From: Strigamia acuminata
Lineage: Eukaryota
Length of the DNA stretch: 64,000 nt
Direction: 5' to 3'
Assembly: GCA_949358305.1 (NCBI GenBank)
Contig: OX442314.1
Location: 27,962,001-28,026,000 of the forward strand
The translations under genes were made by a program, and so were the position numbers. Positions 24,701 through 34,159 of this stretch are shown here, piece after piece (the first letter of the stretch is position 1; every line of letters starts with the position of its first letter). Below the pieces are notes generated by a model, which ran no database searches, was not told where the DNA came from, and was given only the letters and a program-made list of their open reading frames with translations.

Positions 24701-27700
24701 CTTCCACACATTCACTATAACCAAACTTCACCAATCACTTATTCTGAAATAAATCTTTATACTATTAATCATCAAAACTAACATAAACCTCAACATAAAC
24801 CAGAAAAAACACATTGCCTCTAATGGAATCGTTATCAATCAATGTTTTATCATTAAATAAACACTCAACATTCACAATCCTTATCCTGAAAAAATATCTC
24901 ATTTTTATGTTTCACAATTCTGGAAAATAAACAATTATTATTATTAGTCAACAACAGAATCTATATAAATTATCACTAATTTATCAATTTCCTGTACAAA
25001 AAAAAAAATTAAATTTATTAAACTTTATTAAGTATATTATTATCAAAACAACTTTCCTGCTAAATTCAATATTCAACAATATTAAACAACTTTAATAATT
25101 AAATCCAAAATATTATTTAATTCAATGCAACTCAATTAAATATTCAATCACTATACTGTCTTCAAACTCTGAGTCACTCTATGATTCACTCTTATCTCTA
25201 TCTAATATGCAAATTAATCTGCACTCCTTCTAAATTTTATAAGAATTCTTATTTTTAACTGAGTTTTTACGGGGTTTCAGCTCTAATTATTCAATTTTTT
25301 GCTCAAAACTGGCTGATTTTTACTGTAAATTTTCACTTTTCACTACTTTTATCAAACCAATTAATGGATCTAAAAAGAAAACCGCAATCTCCACCACTTT
25401 GTTACGTGGCCAAATGGCCAATAGTGACCACGTAACTTATTTACTTATTACTAAGAATCCTTTAGCTTCACTAATACTAGCTGAGCTAAAGAGTGACTTA
25501 ATTAGCTAAGAGTGAAATGAAACACAGCCAGAGTTTAAGATTGAAAACAATACAGTGTCTTTATTCTTTAAATCAAAACACTTAAAAAATAAATACAAAA
25601 ATGTAAAACTAAATCTAAACTTAAACCTAATAAATACTCCAAGATATGATTAACACTTTGATTCAATTTGGAGGGAAACAATCACACCACGCCATTTGCT
25701 GGCTGGTGCTAACTGTTTAGAAGCCCGGGATGGACTGAGCTCTAAGAGCCAAAGTGGCTCTTTTATACTAGAGTCACCCCCTGAGTTAATCCAGATTGAC
25801 CAGCCCGTGATGTCACCATCACGTACGCTGGCTAGTGATAGATTTTGACAACTTCTTTAATTCTATCGCTGGTTTGAGCTGGTCGGCAGACGACGCAACT
25901 CAACCGCGTGACAATACTGTACCACAAGCTCATGAACACATACGATGTGATCATGTGATTCTTCTCAACCAATAAGAAAGAGTTCAATTCCAAAAAACTG
26001 TAAACTACCCACTAAAATATCCGTAGAATCCATGGTTATTCACTGACAAATTCAAAATTTCATAAAATACACAATAAATTTAATGATACACATGTTTGAA
26101 GCGTCAGGAACAGAACTGGAAAATTGAACAAAAACTGAGATTGAAACTCTGTAGGAGATTGTAATCAGACCGGACTAAGTAACCCCCTTTAGGGGGGGAA
26201 ATCTAGTCAAAATGGGGGTTAAATAATTTGTGGCCTTTTAAAAATAGTCCTAAGTCCCTACTTTCAATCAATGCCATCTAGTAACAGAGAGGTGTATCTT
26301 TTTAAACTACTTTTTTAATGTTTGTTTGTATCCATGATGCTGTGGATAGTTTAATAGCCAATGGGAGTTTGTCACAAATTTTACGAAACAGAGTGAAGAA
26401 GTAGTAAACAAACAATTTGCCATTCCCTAATTATAAGCCATTTTAACAAAACTAAAAAGCACATAAACGTAAATAAATTGCAAATAATGAAATTCATTTA
26501 GAGTTCATCTATCTTCTCGTTTTATTAGCAAATTGATACATTCAAAACAATGTTTGGAATGAGTGCAGAGCGTGTGCTCAAATTTGACTTCGTAGTTTTT
26601 CCTGTCAGAACAGGAGAATTTGGAATAGTCATGCGACAAGACAGCAACATCAAAGAATATTTATGGCTCACATTTTTCAAACCATTTGACCTATCTGTTT
26701 GGTTATGTATTTTAGCTGTGTATATCGCCTTTGCGCTATCTCAGGCCTTGATGGTCAAATACCGCAAACACACAACCTTAGCTTCAGGTAAGAACACCAT
26801 TACAATTTGTTAATCCAATCCCACATCATTTCTTATAAAACCTCAAAGCTTATTCAATTACCGGAACGAAATATTTCTACGTTTTGCTAATTATGTCAAG
26901 CTACGGTGCAGTATTATATGCATCACTCACGGTTACATCATCACGACTTCAATACAACAGTATTCAAGACGTATTGTTGGACGACAAAGTCAACTTATAC
27001 GCTTTTGGAGACACTTTTCCCTACAAATTAATTAAGGTAACAGAGAAGAGAGTCAACTTTTGCTCCGTTCATTTTGTATCAGTTTGGGAAGGATTGTTGT
27101 GGATCTACTCACTCATTGTTGTGAGCAGAGAAAAGAAGACAGAGGAAAAAGAAACGAATGATGTTTACTCCTTAAAGTTTAGAGAGAATCTAATCATAAC
27201 AATAAAGATTCACAATCATGTGATAGCAACCGATTGTTTGTAACAGATAACAAAAAAAATAAAAATGAAAACAATGGTTGCTGTCCCCTATGTGCTTCCA
27301 TAGTACATGGGCTTTTGAAAGGATAATAAACAAATTTACACAATAGTAATATTCAAATTAAAACCTGAGTATTCAAAAACACTTAGAAGGAAGCACAAAA
27401 AACTTACATTAAATCAGTTGAGGTTAAAGATAACTAAAATTGGCACAAATAAGCAGAAAACACAGCAAATAATAGGCCTATTTGAAGTGGCCAATGAGAA
27501 AATTAAACAAAGAATCTAAATCCCGCACAACACCCTGTCTTAAAACAAAACAAAAGATGAGCAGCTAATAACTTCTTTGTGCACAGCAGGTAAATACAGC
27601 AAGCCAATTAGCTACTTAAAAATTAAACATTAAAGCAAAAACAATTTATTAACAACTTAAATTTCTGCAACTATGAATGCATTTCTCAAGTCAGTTTTTC

Positions 27701-28977
27701 CACGCTTATCTGCAACAACAGGGACTCCGGATTGTTAGGGCCATTTGGCGGTGTGTGGAGTGATGCAGCTCACCGTGGGTGGCCAAGTGGTCACAAATGA
27801 TTAAATTGGAATGAGTTTATTTAAAATACCGTATTTTACCGATTAAGAGTCGCCCTCAAATTGTAGGCGCCCTCGAATAGTAGTCGCGGCTAAGAAGAAT
27901 ACCGTATTTTTGCTAAAGTATGGTATTGTTTCTGTATTTAACCTCACAAACGATGAACATACGCTTCGTTTGTGACGTTCAGACTTCATTTGTTGCATTA
28001 AACAAATGTAACAAACGAAAAACCGAAGTTGTAATTGCTGACAAAAATGGCAATTTTGAATAAGAGCCGCTGCTCTTAATCGGATGTTTGAACTATTATA
28101 ATAATTTCTGTTGTGAATTATAAAATGAAAAAATATTCTATTATTGTACGGTATAAATATTTATTGATGGTTGTGGTATCTTATAAGCTTATTCCTTATA
28201 AGTAAGAAGTAATGATAATGATGATTACAGCATAGGCCTACTATAATAAGTAATAACGCTTTTTTAATGACAGAATGGACGAACGAAACTTACACAAGAA
28301 ATTTGGCGTCGCATGGAAAAAAACAGCAAAAGGGGAAAAATTCTGCGAGATGAAGATCTAAAAGTACTTTCGAAGAATTACAATGGTATCATCTTCGGGT
28401 ACAGGATTCTAATAGAGAAATATGGATCAAACTGCGCATTCAGTTTTATAAAAATGCCGATCGCTGCTTCAGCATATTTCATGTTTAATAAGAAATCAAA
28501 ATATGTAGATTCATTTAATCAGAAGTACGTACCTTCGTACCTACGGGTATACAGTTGAGCCGTGTTATGACAAATCACAAGAGACCCGAATAATTGGTTT
28601 GTTATAACGAAAGTTTGTTATCAAATTTTAAATTTTTTTTAACGTGGTGTTTATTTTCAACCAACCAAGCCATTTTTAAGATTTTGTTATAACAAAAAAT
28701 TCGTTACATCAGGTTCGTTTTAACGAGGTTCAACTGTAATAAATGTCTATAACATTTTTAAAATACAACTCCGACTATATATTTCAGCATTTTGAAGCTA
28801 AAAGAAACGGGAATCTTAAACAAACTTAGCAATCAGTTCGATTCAGAAATATTATGCCGAAAAATAAATTATGACTACAAACCCATCTCTATTTATCACA
28901 CTATCACAGCATTCCTTATTGTAATTGGTGGAGTTTTAGGAGCTGGAATAACAATTCTTGTGGAATTTCGTTTTTAG
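15777..28977 (+). CDS. Ionotropic receptor, array copy 3, 11 exons, Gypsy element in intron 7
   Basis: Exons 15777-15837, 15944-16072, 16146-16288, 17048-17221, 17411-17554, 17614-17696, 17758-17818, 26529-26787, 26849-27036, 28274-28524, 28788-28977 give an open frame with the same motifs (MSAERVLKFDF; FFKPFDLSVWLCIL; SSYGAVLYASLTV; ILKLKETGIL). Stops immediately after M4. Confidence 0.85.
16515..17011. mobile_element. Degenerate Tc1/mariner-type MITE
   Basis: Imperfect TIRs GGGTGTTTCAAATAACTTGCACCAT / ATGGAACAAGTTATTTGAAAAACTC, TA-flanked, in copy 3 intron 3. Confidence 0.55.
17947..18116. mobile_element. Short inverted-repeat MITE
   Basis: AATAAATGTTGCTAATATAAGGCTTGTCTAAT... and its reverse complement at 18070-18116. 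Confidence 0.65.
18231..18744 (-). repeat. Gypsy A 3' LTR
   Basis: Direct repeat of 25400-25913 (only a TC/AA dinucleotide difference seen by eye). Adjacent polypurine tract AAAGAGGGGGC on the - strand (18745-18755). Confidence 0.97.
19385..23203 (-). CDS. pol: Gypsy A Pol (protease, RT, RNase H, integrase)
   Basis: AVMDTGA protease, YLDD RT, TDAS RNase H, HHCC (HDGLTGAH...CPKC) and D-D-E integrase, GPY motif. In the -1 frame relative to gag and open back to the slippery site. Confidence 0.97.
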   Translation of the reverse strand: MDIKISESLLEIPVIVKNLEIKAVMDTGAKKNILSEELAEILQLDYQPTPNVRLRGIGTDLITPVGKTNLNIQIGQLQYSVEVLIVRSFNYQLLLGDPFMTFARCVVDYDLQKIFVGRKSGLEAVFPMNKTYVDQNYVARVTKGIAIPPMHECAVPVNLSTALTKEMFLEPLGNVIDRFGIMCCKTLTKFENGKGVIRVANPTSKSIFLQEKSAIGKAHYIIDIGLMDEKQANCFDSNSSSSKVVELSNEKQANCFDFDSAIAEGKMTKNQQQQMKQLLQKNQDRFAMSDRDLGRVTNFSHKIDTGDHEPIHLQPYRRSIAEKEVEAEETRKLLEQGVIRESESPWSAPVLLIKKRDGKWRFCVDWRRLNAITKKMVYPLPRIDDTLDQLAGAQFFSMMDLIQGYHQVEINEQDREKTAFTTSTGHYEFNVLGMGLCNSPAAFQKLMNKVLGNLLGKVCIAYLDDLIIFSKTFEQHLQDLDSVFEKLRIANLKVKLSKCTFGTDTIRYLGHVIDSEGISPDPRNLESVAKFPIPLNVKQLRGFLGLCSYYRKFILGFAHISKPLVNLTKKDEKFDWGPPHEEAFKQLRTALVTVPVLAHPNFAQPFIISTDASAYGLGAILKQKLNNQEHVICYASRLLSNAEQNYTATERECLAILFGIQKFRPYLYGKKFTIITDHSALQWLKSVKNPNGRLARWSLQLVDYDYEVQHKSGKKHTDADALSRIPEDISEEEVIIPSLLLENLDLPAEQRKDQKIMELITSLQTIEQLPRKRRRPLQQYVLQGDILFKKKFNSLNTEELLYIPQHLRKDVLVEMHDGLTGAHLGLSRTWKKIRTRFFWPRIYRDVRNYVLSCPKCASAKTMTTPPKGLMQPWSTVSRPFERVAIDTLGSFPTSDTGNKYVFIITDYLSRTAIARAAPACTAIEAANALVYEVMLKEGSPREILSDKGTEYRNEMIKEISALFRSLHKSTSGYHPRTNGLTERFNATIAKMLQSYVNKDHTDWDAFLPFLLFSYNTGVHETTGYTPYYLLRGYEADLNVDVNLNLPRKEFTLRTSRFIREARRIANERIQEQGLKSKKRFDLDRVHVEFDPGELVYLKTPNRKVGLSEKLLPQFSGPYEIVRRTAPNDYEIRSSSGKKMDIVNIERLKPYKMREELSEDIMRPLTAKKVTFAEDLKEIDSGKEIIAKNNVNSSNKPISAASERFIDDDDQISLRGLFENELPAKNEENQLPKPSPGVASAVENDAHARPPEVGSFRSRRLRKQARRDYTTFY
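23290..24648 (-). CDS. gag: Gypsy A Gag
   Basis: 452-codon ORF with capsid-like LKTDGLAWY...WTEWKPQLEDKF and Asn/Arg-rich C-terminus. Ends ...TEN* at a G GAA AAC slippery site. The true start may be the internal ATG (MADPTAV). Confidence 0.88.
   Translation of the reverse strand: MDKPVKLTQTQTDGLLDLQNQELQRLVDNPNITKTRKKSKSHSGSEVKEEDPVVEIKEEDQFQDSLSQQELDLSSPLKLTRPKELKSIFELLTPIRTIQTPLLKTNTQGSTSKGIVSKMADPTAVLTDLFKSLMIQKRPVVCFDTEKGNIDQWLVAYEATIGTDDERVKQLPLALKTDGLAWYVELLKKNPTWTWTEWKPQLEDKFRRGQENVLNTLHFMSHTEGTADAYMKKVLAECAFVRPELTEHQKINYVYQGMKPDMKKMIITVFPSTLAEMEQRVKLYETHKVKDPADLLLSLFKKVVDEKVTPATSGKLSGTVETSLTHAELLAENARLRQRLLALETVEPTSEEPILIGSQWYTPMKRGGQNFQYKNFQRGGNRGGSQNYNTNNNNNNSNNSNTRSCGCYHHFTCEFYNPPRYQQDRGGTAGRPRRRRREGPSTTVNTQQQTEN
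25382..25396 (-). promoter_or_regulatory. Primer-binding site, tRNA-Ala-like
   Basis: - strand TGGTGGAGATTGCGG, 3 nt from the 5' LTR, complementary (with one extra base) to the eukaryotic tRNA-Ala 3' end ...CCGCATCTCCACCA. Confidence 0.75.
25400..25913 (-). repeat. Gypsy A 5' LTR
   Basis: TGTTACG...CGTGACA, 514 bp, adjacent to the PBS. Confidence 0.97.
27827..28153. mobile_element. TA-flanked MITE of the TACCGTA family
   Basis: TACCGTA...TACGGTA termini like 10308-10745. Confidence 0.55.
28552..28736. mobile_element. pogo/Tigger-like MITE in copy 3 intron 10
   Basis: TA|CAGTTGAGCCGTGTTAT ... TAACGAGGTTCAACTG|TA. Lengthens an intron that is ~65 nt in the other copies. Confidence 0.75.
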
Positions 28978-29163
28978 ACCAAATTTCAATCTGGCAACGT
29001 GAACACAAAACCATATTGCAACAAATAGCAGTATAATGTGATAAGCAGACTCTGAATACTGTAGAACAACTAGCATCACTGCAAAATTTTGTCAAAACAA
29101 ATCTCTGCACTTACTTCTTAACCAATGTAGTCACCACTCACTTGTCAGATTTAAGAAATCAGT

Positions 29164-29323
29164 AGGTGCATTCAAAAACTCTAAAACACCTCTCAAACTC
29201 GTTTCGTGTTTGTATGTGACGTCATTCCCATTAAATAACATTCCCATGTTATTCAATGGGAATGACGTCACGTACAAACACGAAACTAGTTTTAGAGGCA
29301 TTTTAGAGTTTTTGAATGCACCT
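29164..29323. mobile_element. Palindromic MITE, 3-bp TSD (Harbinger-like)
   Basis: The whole 160 bp folds back (AGGTGCATTCAAAAACTCTAAAA...TTTTAGAGTTTTTGAATGCACCT), flanked by AGT/AGT. Related ends occur at ~3935, ~10858 and ~12696. Confidence 0.75.
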
Positions 29324-29473
29324 AGTAAATGTTAAATCTGCATTAAATTAAAGCTTCCACAAATTTACCAATAAGTTGTAAAAGTCCTGGATACAATAAG
29401 TGAATGTAACAGTTTGTTAAAATTGATGAAATTCGAAGATGGCGTCAGAGTAAAAAAATAAAACAACCACACG

Positions 29474-30682
29474 GGGCGCTGTACTGGGAGCAACATGCCT
29501 AAGGGCAACATTGCTCTTCGTCATGTTAAAAAAATGTCTAAGAGCAACATTGCTCTTCGTCATGTTAAAAAAATGTCTAAGAGCAACATTGCTCTTCGTC
29601 ATGTAAATATAATGACTAAGAGCAACACCAGACATTTTTGCGTGTTGCTTTTAGGCATGTTAAATATGTTGCTATTAGTCATTTAAATACAATGACCAAG
29701 AGCAACACCAGAAGTTTTTGCGTGTTGCTCTTAGGCATGTTAAATATGTTGCCATTAGTCATGTAAATATAATGACCAAGAGCAACACCATAAATTTTTT
29801 TTTTTGGTTTTTAATGTTTTAATTTTCTTGAATAACTGGGGAACTCTACACGAATAAACGGAGTGTGGACTGGACATTAGCTCGACAGAAAGGGCACGTT
29901 GCAGGTCTCCTCTCTGTATGTGCAGTGGCCATAACTCGCTCGCTGCAGGCTGCACAGAAGTATAAATGCTCGCAGGGCAGCAGCATGGCAGTGTTTCTGT
30001 CATTTAGTAGGCAAACCACACAGAGGCGCTGTCCTGTGGCTTGATTAGCGCCCTCATCCTGCTCCTCATCAGTGCGACGCGTAGCAGCACGAGCAGCTGC
30101 CTGCTGGCCGTGGCTAGTGCCGCCAAAGCTTGGTGTCATGAGCATCTGGGATGCTCATCAGGCCTGCTTCGTACTTCGTCGTTACGCGCAGCACCCCTCG
30201 ATCGGTAAGGACGTAATTCATCTTACGATCCCGGCGGGAAATAACCCCTTCTAGCAGGTGTGTGTGCTCTCTCACATACGCGTGCTCCATCGACCTGAAG
30301 GTGTCAACAAACACCCATATGTTAGGGTAGGCAACACGAACTTTGCGGTGTAAGGAAGAGTGGAATTAATACAAATGTTGCTCTTAGTCATGATTATAAC
30401 TGTTGCTCTACGTCATTTTCTTATAATGTCTAAGAGCAATCCCAAATAATACAAATGTTGCTCTTAGTCATGATTACAACTGTTGCTCCACGTCATTTTC
30501 TTATAATGTCTAAGAGCAATCCCAAATAATACCGAATTTGCTCTTAGTCATTATTACACGGAACTGCAACTGTTGCTCCAGGTCATTTTTTTATAATGTC
30601 TAAGAGCAATGTTGCTCTTAACCAATTTTAGACCTAATTTCAACTGTTGCTCTTAGGAATGTTGCTCCCAGTACGCGGCAGC
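29474..30682 (-). mobile_element. Internally deleted Mutator-like (MULE) DNA transposon
   Basis: TIR GTACTGGGAGCAACAT / ATGTTGCTCCCAGTAC, flanking 9-10-bp direct repeat (C)AACCACACG (29464-29473 / 30682-30691), subterminal tandem arrays of AAGAGCAAC-containing units on both sides. Confidence 0.85.
29846..30365 (-). pseudogene. MULE transposase C-terminal remnant followed by a C3HC4 RING finger
   Basis: FHSSLHRKVRVAYPNIWVFVD...NYVLTDRGVLRVTTKYEAG resembles the C-terminal (E)xFHxxL...HPNIWxF region of MULE transposases. After a frameshift comes CVVC..LLPCEH.FCAAC...CPFCR. Confidence 0.75.
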
Positions 30683-30861
30683 AACCACACGTCTTGAGAA
30701 GCAAAAGTACACTAGTTTATTCTATTTTAAAAACAAAGGCAAAAGGGGTAAAGGAATGTGAGTCACACGTTCAGAGCGCCAATGAAACAGCGCCCACAAG
30801 GTAGGGAAAAAGCACACCTCAGGAAATATTTGAGGGGATCAGACTTTTGACTCACCCTGTA

Positions 30862-32010
30862 TATACAGTATAATCACTCCACGAGATTGGGCATTTACAA
30901 AAAATAAAGAAAATAAAGATTAAACTGTAGAAAATAAAATATCACATTTTCAGTGGCATTTTGTGACATTTCGATCAGGTTTTGTCCTTTTTGATCACAA
31001 GGTGGGAATTCTATGTAAGGAAAACACATGTGCCAATCATTATAATTACGATAATTATCTTACTATCGAATCTAACAGCAAAATAGATTTTACACTTTGA
31101 TCTTAATCTCCGACTGTGACAACATGTTTAGCATGTGTTTATCTAATGTCTATACAATAAACAGTAATTAAATCGTCAAGGCAACGATTTCAACAACTAA
31201 CAACAATCCAAAAAAAAATTGACAGTCTAAGGCAGACATTCAATCTTGTGGGCATGCTCTCATTCTAATGAAAAGTGAGTATAAATCTGATATCAGACGA
31301 GGACCACTGTATCAATTCGGTTGCATTAAGAGTGCAGAAACTAAGAACAGTAGGATTGATTTTTTTGTAAGATGAACACTCTAAGAATATTTTTCTTTTA
31401 CCTATTATCTGGATGCATAAACATTTCAAAAAGCAATCGCTCGGCAGGTACGATTTACTTCACAATTGTGAATTGTTAATAGCAGCAAATTAAAGCAGAC
31501 ATAATTTTTATCTTTTCTTTAAGCACTGGAAAATTATGTTTCAGAAAGATTTTCCTTTTCTGACTGTAATAATCAACTCAGTTTTCAATTATCTAATATT
31601 CTACAAATGACGAATTCAACACAAATACTCATCATTTATCAGGATGATTATTGTTGTTAAATAACACATTTAATTCTTTCTTATAATTCTAAAAACATTT
31701 TTTAATTTCAGTACCAAACTGTTTGTCGAAATTGATTCATTTTGATTGGATTGGAAAAATTCAAATATCGGCACGACGATTCAGTAATACATCGCTAGAT
31801 TTGAATTATACTCCTTTTCAAATGATATTGATTTGGACAGAAAATTTTGAGCAGGTAACATGATCTAATCATGCCCCTAGATTGACAAGCAATTGGTCAA
31901 GAGGCCCTATAGAGTTATTCAGTTATCCATCTGTTAGATATTAAAAGTAACGCCAGCCTGTAGACACGATGCGTTGATCTGTTTGTACCGGGAGGCGCAA
32001 ATCAAACCGG
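30862..32010 (+). repeat. Recent segmental duplication (copy 4 upstream + exons 1-3) matching 52011-52061 + 62869-64000
   Basis: Co-linear, highly similar sequence including non-coding DNA. The second copy is interrupted by Gypsy C. Confidence 0.9.
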
Positions 32011-32030
32011 CCCAACAACACAAGGTCATT

Positions 32031-33015
32031 AAGGGTGTCTCGCCGAACACCTACCAGGTGAATTATTTCATAATTATGTTAATTCAAAAAAACTTTGGAT
32101 TCTGAATTTAAGTAAATGACATGTCACGAATTCAATGAAACATGTTAAATTCATGTGACATTGTTGCATCACTGTTTTGCAACTCGTAACTTTTAAATAA
32201 GGGTGCGGTCAGATCGGTTACAATCCGACTCAAACCGAATTCGGATTGAATTGAGTCGGTTTCGGATGGCCCCAAATCAATCCGGTTGTTTTTCGAATCG
32301 GACTGGATAATCCGAATTTTTATTTGTTCATTCCGGATCAGGTTTTGGGAAAAAACCGAAACCGATCCGTGTAATCCGATTTTTTAAAAATAACGTTTTT
32401 ACGACGTTTATAGGACGTTTATATTACACTTACTTAAACGTCCAATCATTGTTCCGCTTTCCGGTATATAAATTCCATCACACGTTAGTTTAGTAGTTTT
32501 CATTATCAATATCAACGCAAAGAAAGCATAACAGCATAACTGTCTGTGCTTAAAATCACGAAAATGACATTGATGACATTGATTACAAAAAAATCTTTGA
32601 AATTTTCAAATTTTCAACATTATTGCGAAATGTGACATCTGGAACTCAATCCGATCCGAAATCCGCATTCGGTTTGAATTGAATGCGGATAGGATTGGAC
32701 AGAACGCTATTTTTTTCCGGATAGGATTGAATAATCAATTTACCCATCCGCAATTTTTCGAATTGGATCGGATTTTTTAAAAAACCGATTAAAACCGATC
32801 CAAACGCACCCTTACTTTTAAACCAATAATGCTACGCAAAAAATGTCATTTGCAAAGTTGTAGAGCACCATCTAATTAGTCACAATGTCACATGAATTTA
32901 ACATGTTTCATTGAATTCCTCACATGTCATTTACTTAAATTCATAATCAAAAGTATTTTTAAATTTACATGATTGTGAAATAATTCACCCGGTAGGTGTT
33001 CGGCGGGACACCCTG
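32031..33015. mobile_element. Tc1/mariner-type MITE with ~130-bp TIRs (host of nested hAT MITE)
   Basis: AGGGTGTCTCGCCGAACACCTACC...GTGACATTGT versus ACAATGTCAC...GGTAGGTGTTCGGCGGGACACCCTG|TA. Confidence 0.8.
32198..32814. mobile_element. hAT-type MITE nested in the preceding element
   Basis: TIR TAAGGGTGCG / CGCACCCTTA, 8-bp TSD CTTTTAAA (32190-32197 / 32815-32822), subterminal ATCCG/CGGAT pentamers. Confidence 0.88.
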
Positions 33016-33019
33016 TATA

Positions 33020-33381
33020 ATCTAACCAACTACAAGTTGGTCCTTTCTCCCATTGTACTGCCACCAGGAAAAGTAGTTTTTTTATTTTTCTATTTTTTGG
33101 ATTATTCTAATGATTAAAATGATGAAATTTTATTTGTATTTTATAATGAAATGTTTTTTCCATTCATAGAATTAAGTTTTACTTTGTTTTTAATTCAATA
33201 TACATGTGTGTTTAGTTTATTGGTTGCTTTGTCAGGAAAGCAAACAATTTTTGAATTTTTTTCGATTACAATGTCTGTACATCTAGTGCAATTCTGGTGG
33301 TCCGGTCTACTTTTTTGTGTCACTATGCAAGTGAAATGGCTAGCCCAATGGGAGAAAGGACCAACTTGTAGTTGGTTAGAG
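33020..33381. mobile_element. MITE with ~35-bp TIRs
   Basis: TCTAACCAACTACAAGTTGGTCCTTTCTCCCATTG and its exact reverse complement at 33346-33380. Confidence 0.75.
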
Positions 33382-33386
33382 TATAA

Positions 33387-34159
33387 TTCAATTAAATATA
33401 TCTTAATTATTATAGTTGTGGGAAGTGTTGTTTAACTACTGTTTCTAGTGCTGTTTTCCTGCTCTTTTGTTTGGTGTTTAGTTTTTGACGATCCGAGCTT
33501 TTGTTCTCGAGAACAGTGCAAAAACTCAAAAAAGGTAGCAAAATCTCACAAAATCTAGCAAAATGTCGAAAAATCTAGCAAAATGTTGCAAAATTTAGCA
33601 AAATGTTGCAAAATTTAGCAAAATGTTGCAAAATTTAGCAAAATGTTGCAAAATGTAGCAAAATGTTGCAAAATTTAGCAAAATGTAGGAAAATTTAGCA
33701 AAATGTTGCAAAATTTAGCAAAATCTAGCAAAATGTCGCAAAATCTAGCAAAATGTCGCAAAATCTAGCAAAATGTCGCAAAATCTAGCAAAATGTCGCA
33801 AAATCTAGCAAAATGTCGCAAAATCTAGCAAAACGTCGCAAAATCTAGCAAAATGTCGCAAAATCTAGCAAAATGTCACAAAATCTTGGAAAATCTTGCC
33901 CGATCTCATACTGGTATATCCGAAGATATCCACAAAAGTACTGCTGAATTACCATAATATCTAAAATTTGGGAATGACTAGTACGGTCAAATTAGGCGAA
34001 TTGGGACAAAAATTGATTAAAATTGCAAATCTTCAAAACTAAAGCTCGGATCGTCAAAAACTAATCATCAAACGAAAGAACGAAAATAACTGCAACACAA
34101 ACGTTAATGAAACAACTCTGCTCACAACTAATCAGCAATATACTGTATATTTAATTGAA
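33387..34159. mobile_element. Foldback-like element enclosing a minisatellite
   Basis: ~115-bp imperfect inverted arms with core TAGTTTTTGACGATCCGAGCTTT / AAAGCTCGGATCGTCAAAAACTA. Confidence 0.7.
33537..33895. repeat. 10/20-bp minisatellite (AAAATGTYGC-AAAATYTAGC)n
   Basis: About 35 10-bp units alternating in a 20-bp higher-order period. Confidence 0.95.

Larger units (their letters stand above)
18231..25913 (-). mobile_element. Ty3/Gypsy LTR retrotransposon A (7.7 kb), full length
   Basis: 514-bp TG...CA LTRs, 4-bp TSD ATAC (18227-18230 / 25914-25917), gag and pol with domain order PR-RT-RH-IN on the - strand, PBS and PPT. Confidence 0.97.

Noticed and set aside
29490..29790. Regularly spaced ~36-bp partly palindromic repeats resembling a CRISPR array
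   Set aside because: Units are tandem with no unique spacers, mirrored at 30370-30660, lie inside TIRs/TSD of a MULE, and the context is eukaryotic with no cas genes.
29846..30145. Stand-alone host RING gene or Pack-MULE capture
   Set aside because: The adjacent upstream frame looks like a MULE transposase C-terminus, so a transposase-linked RING is the simpler reading; there is no promoter or exon structure.
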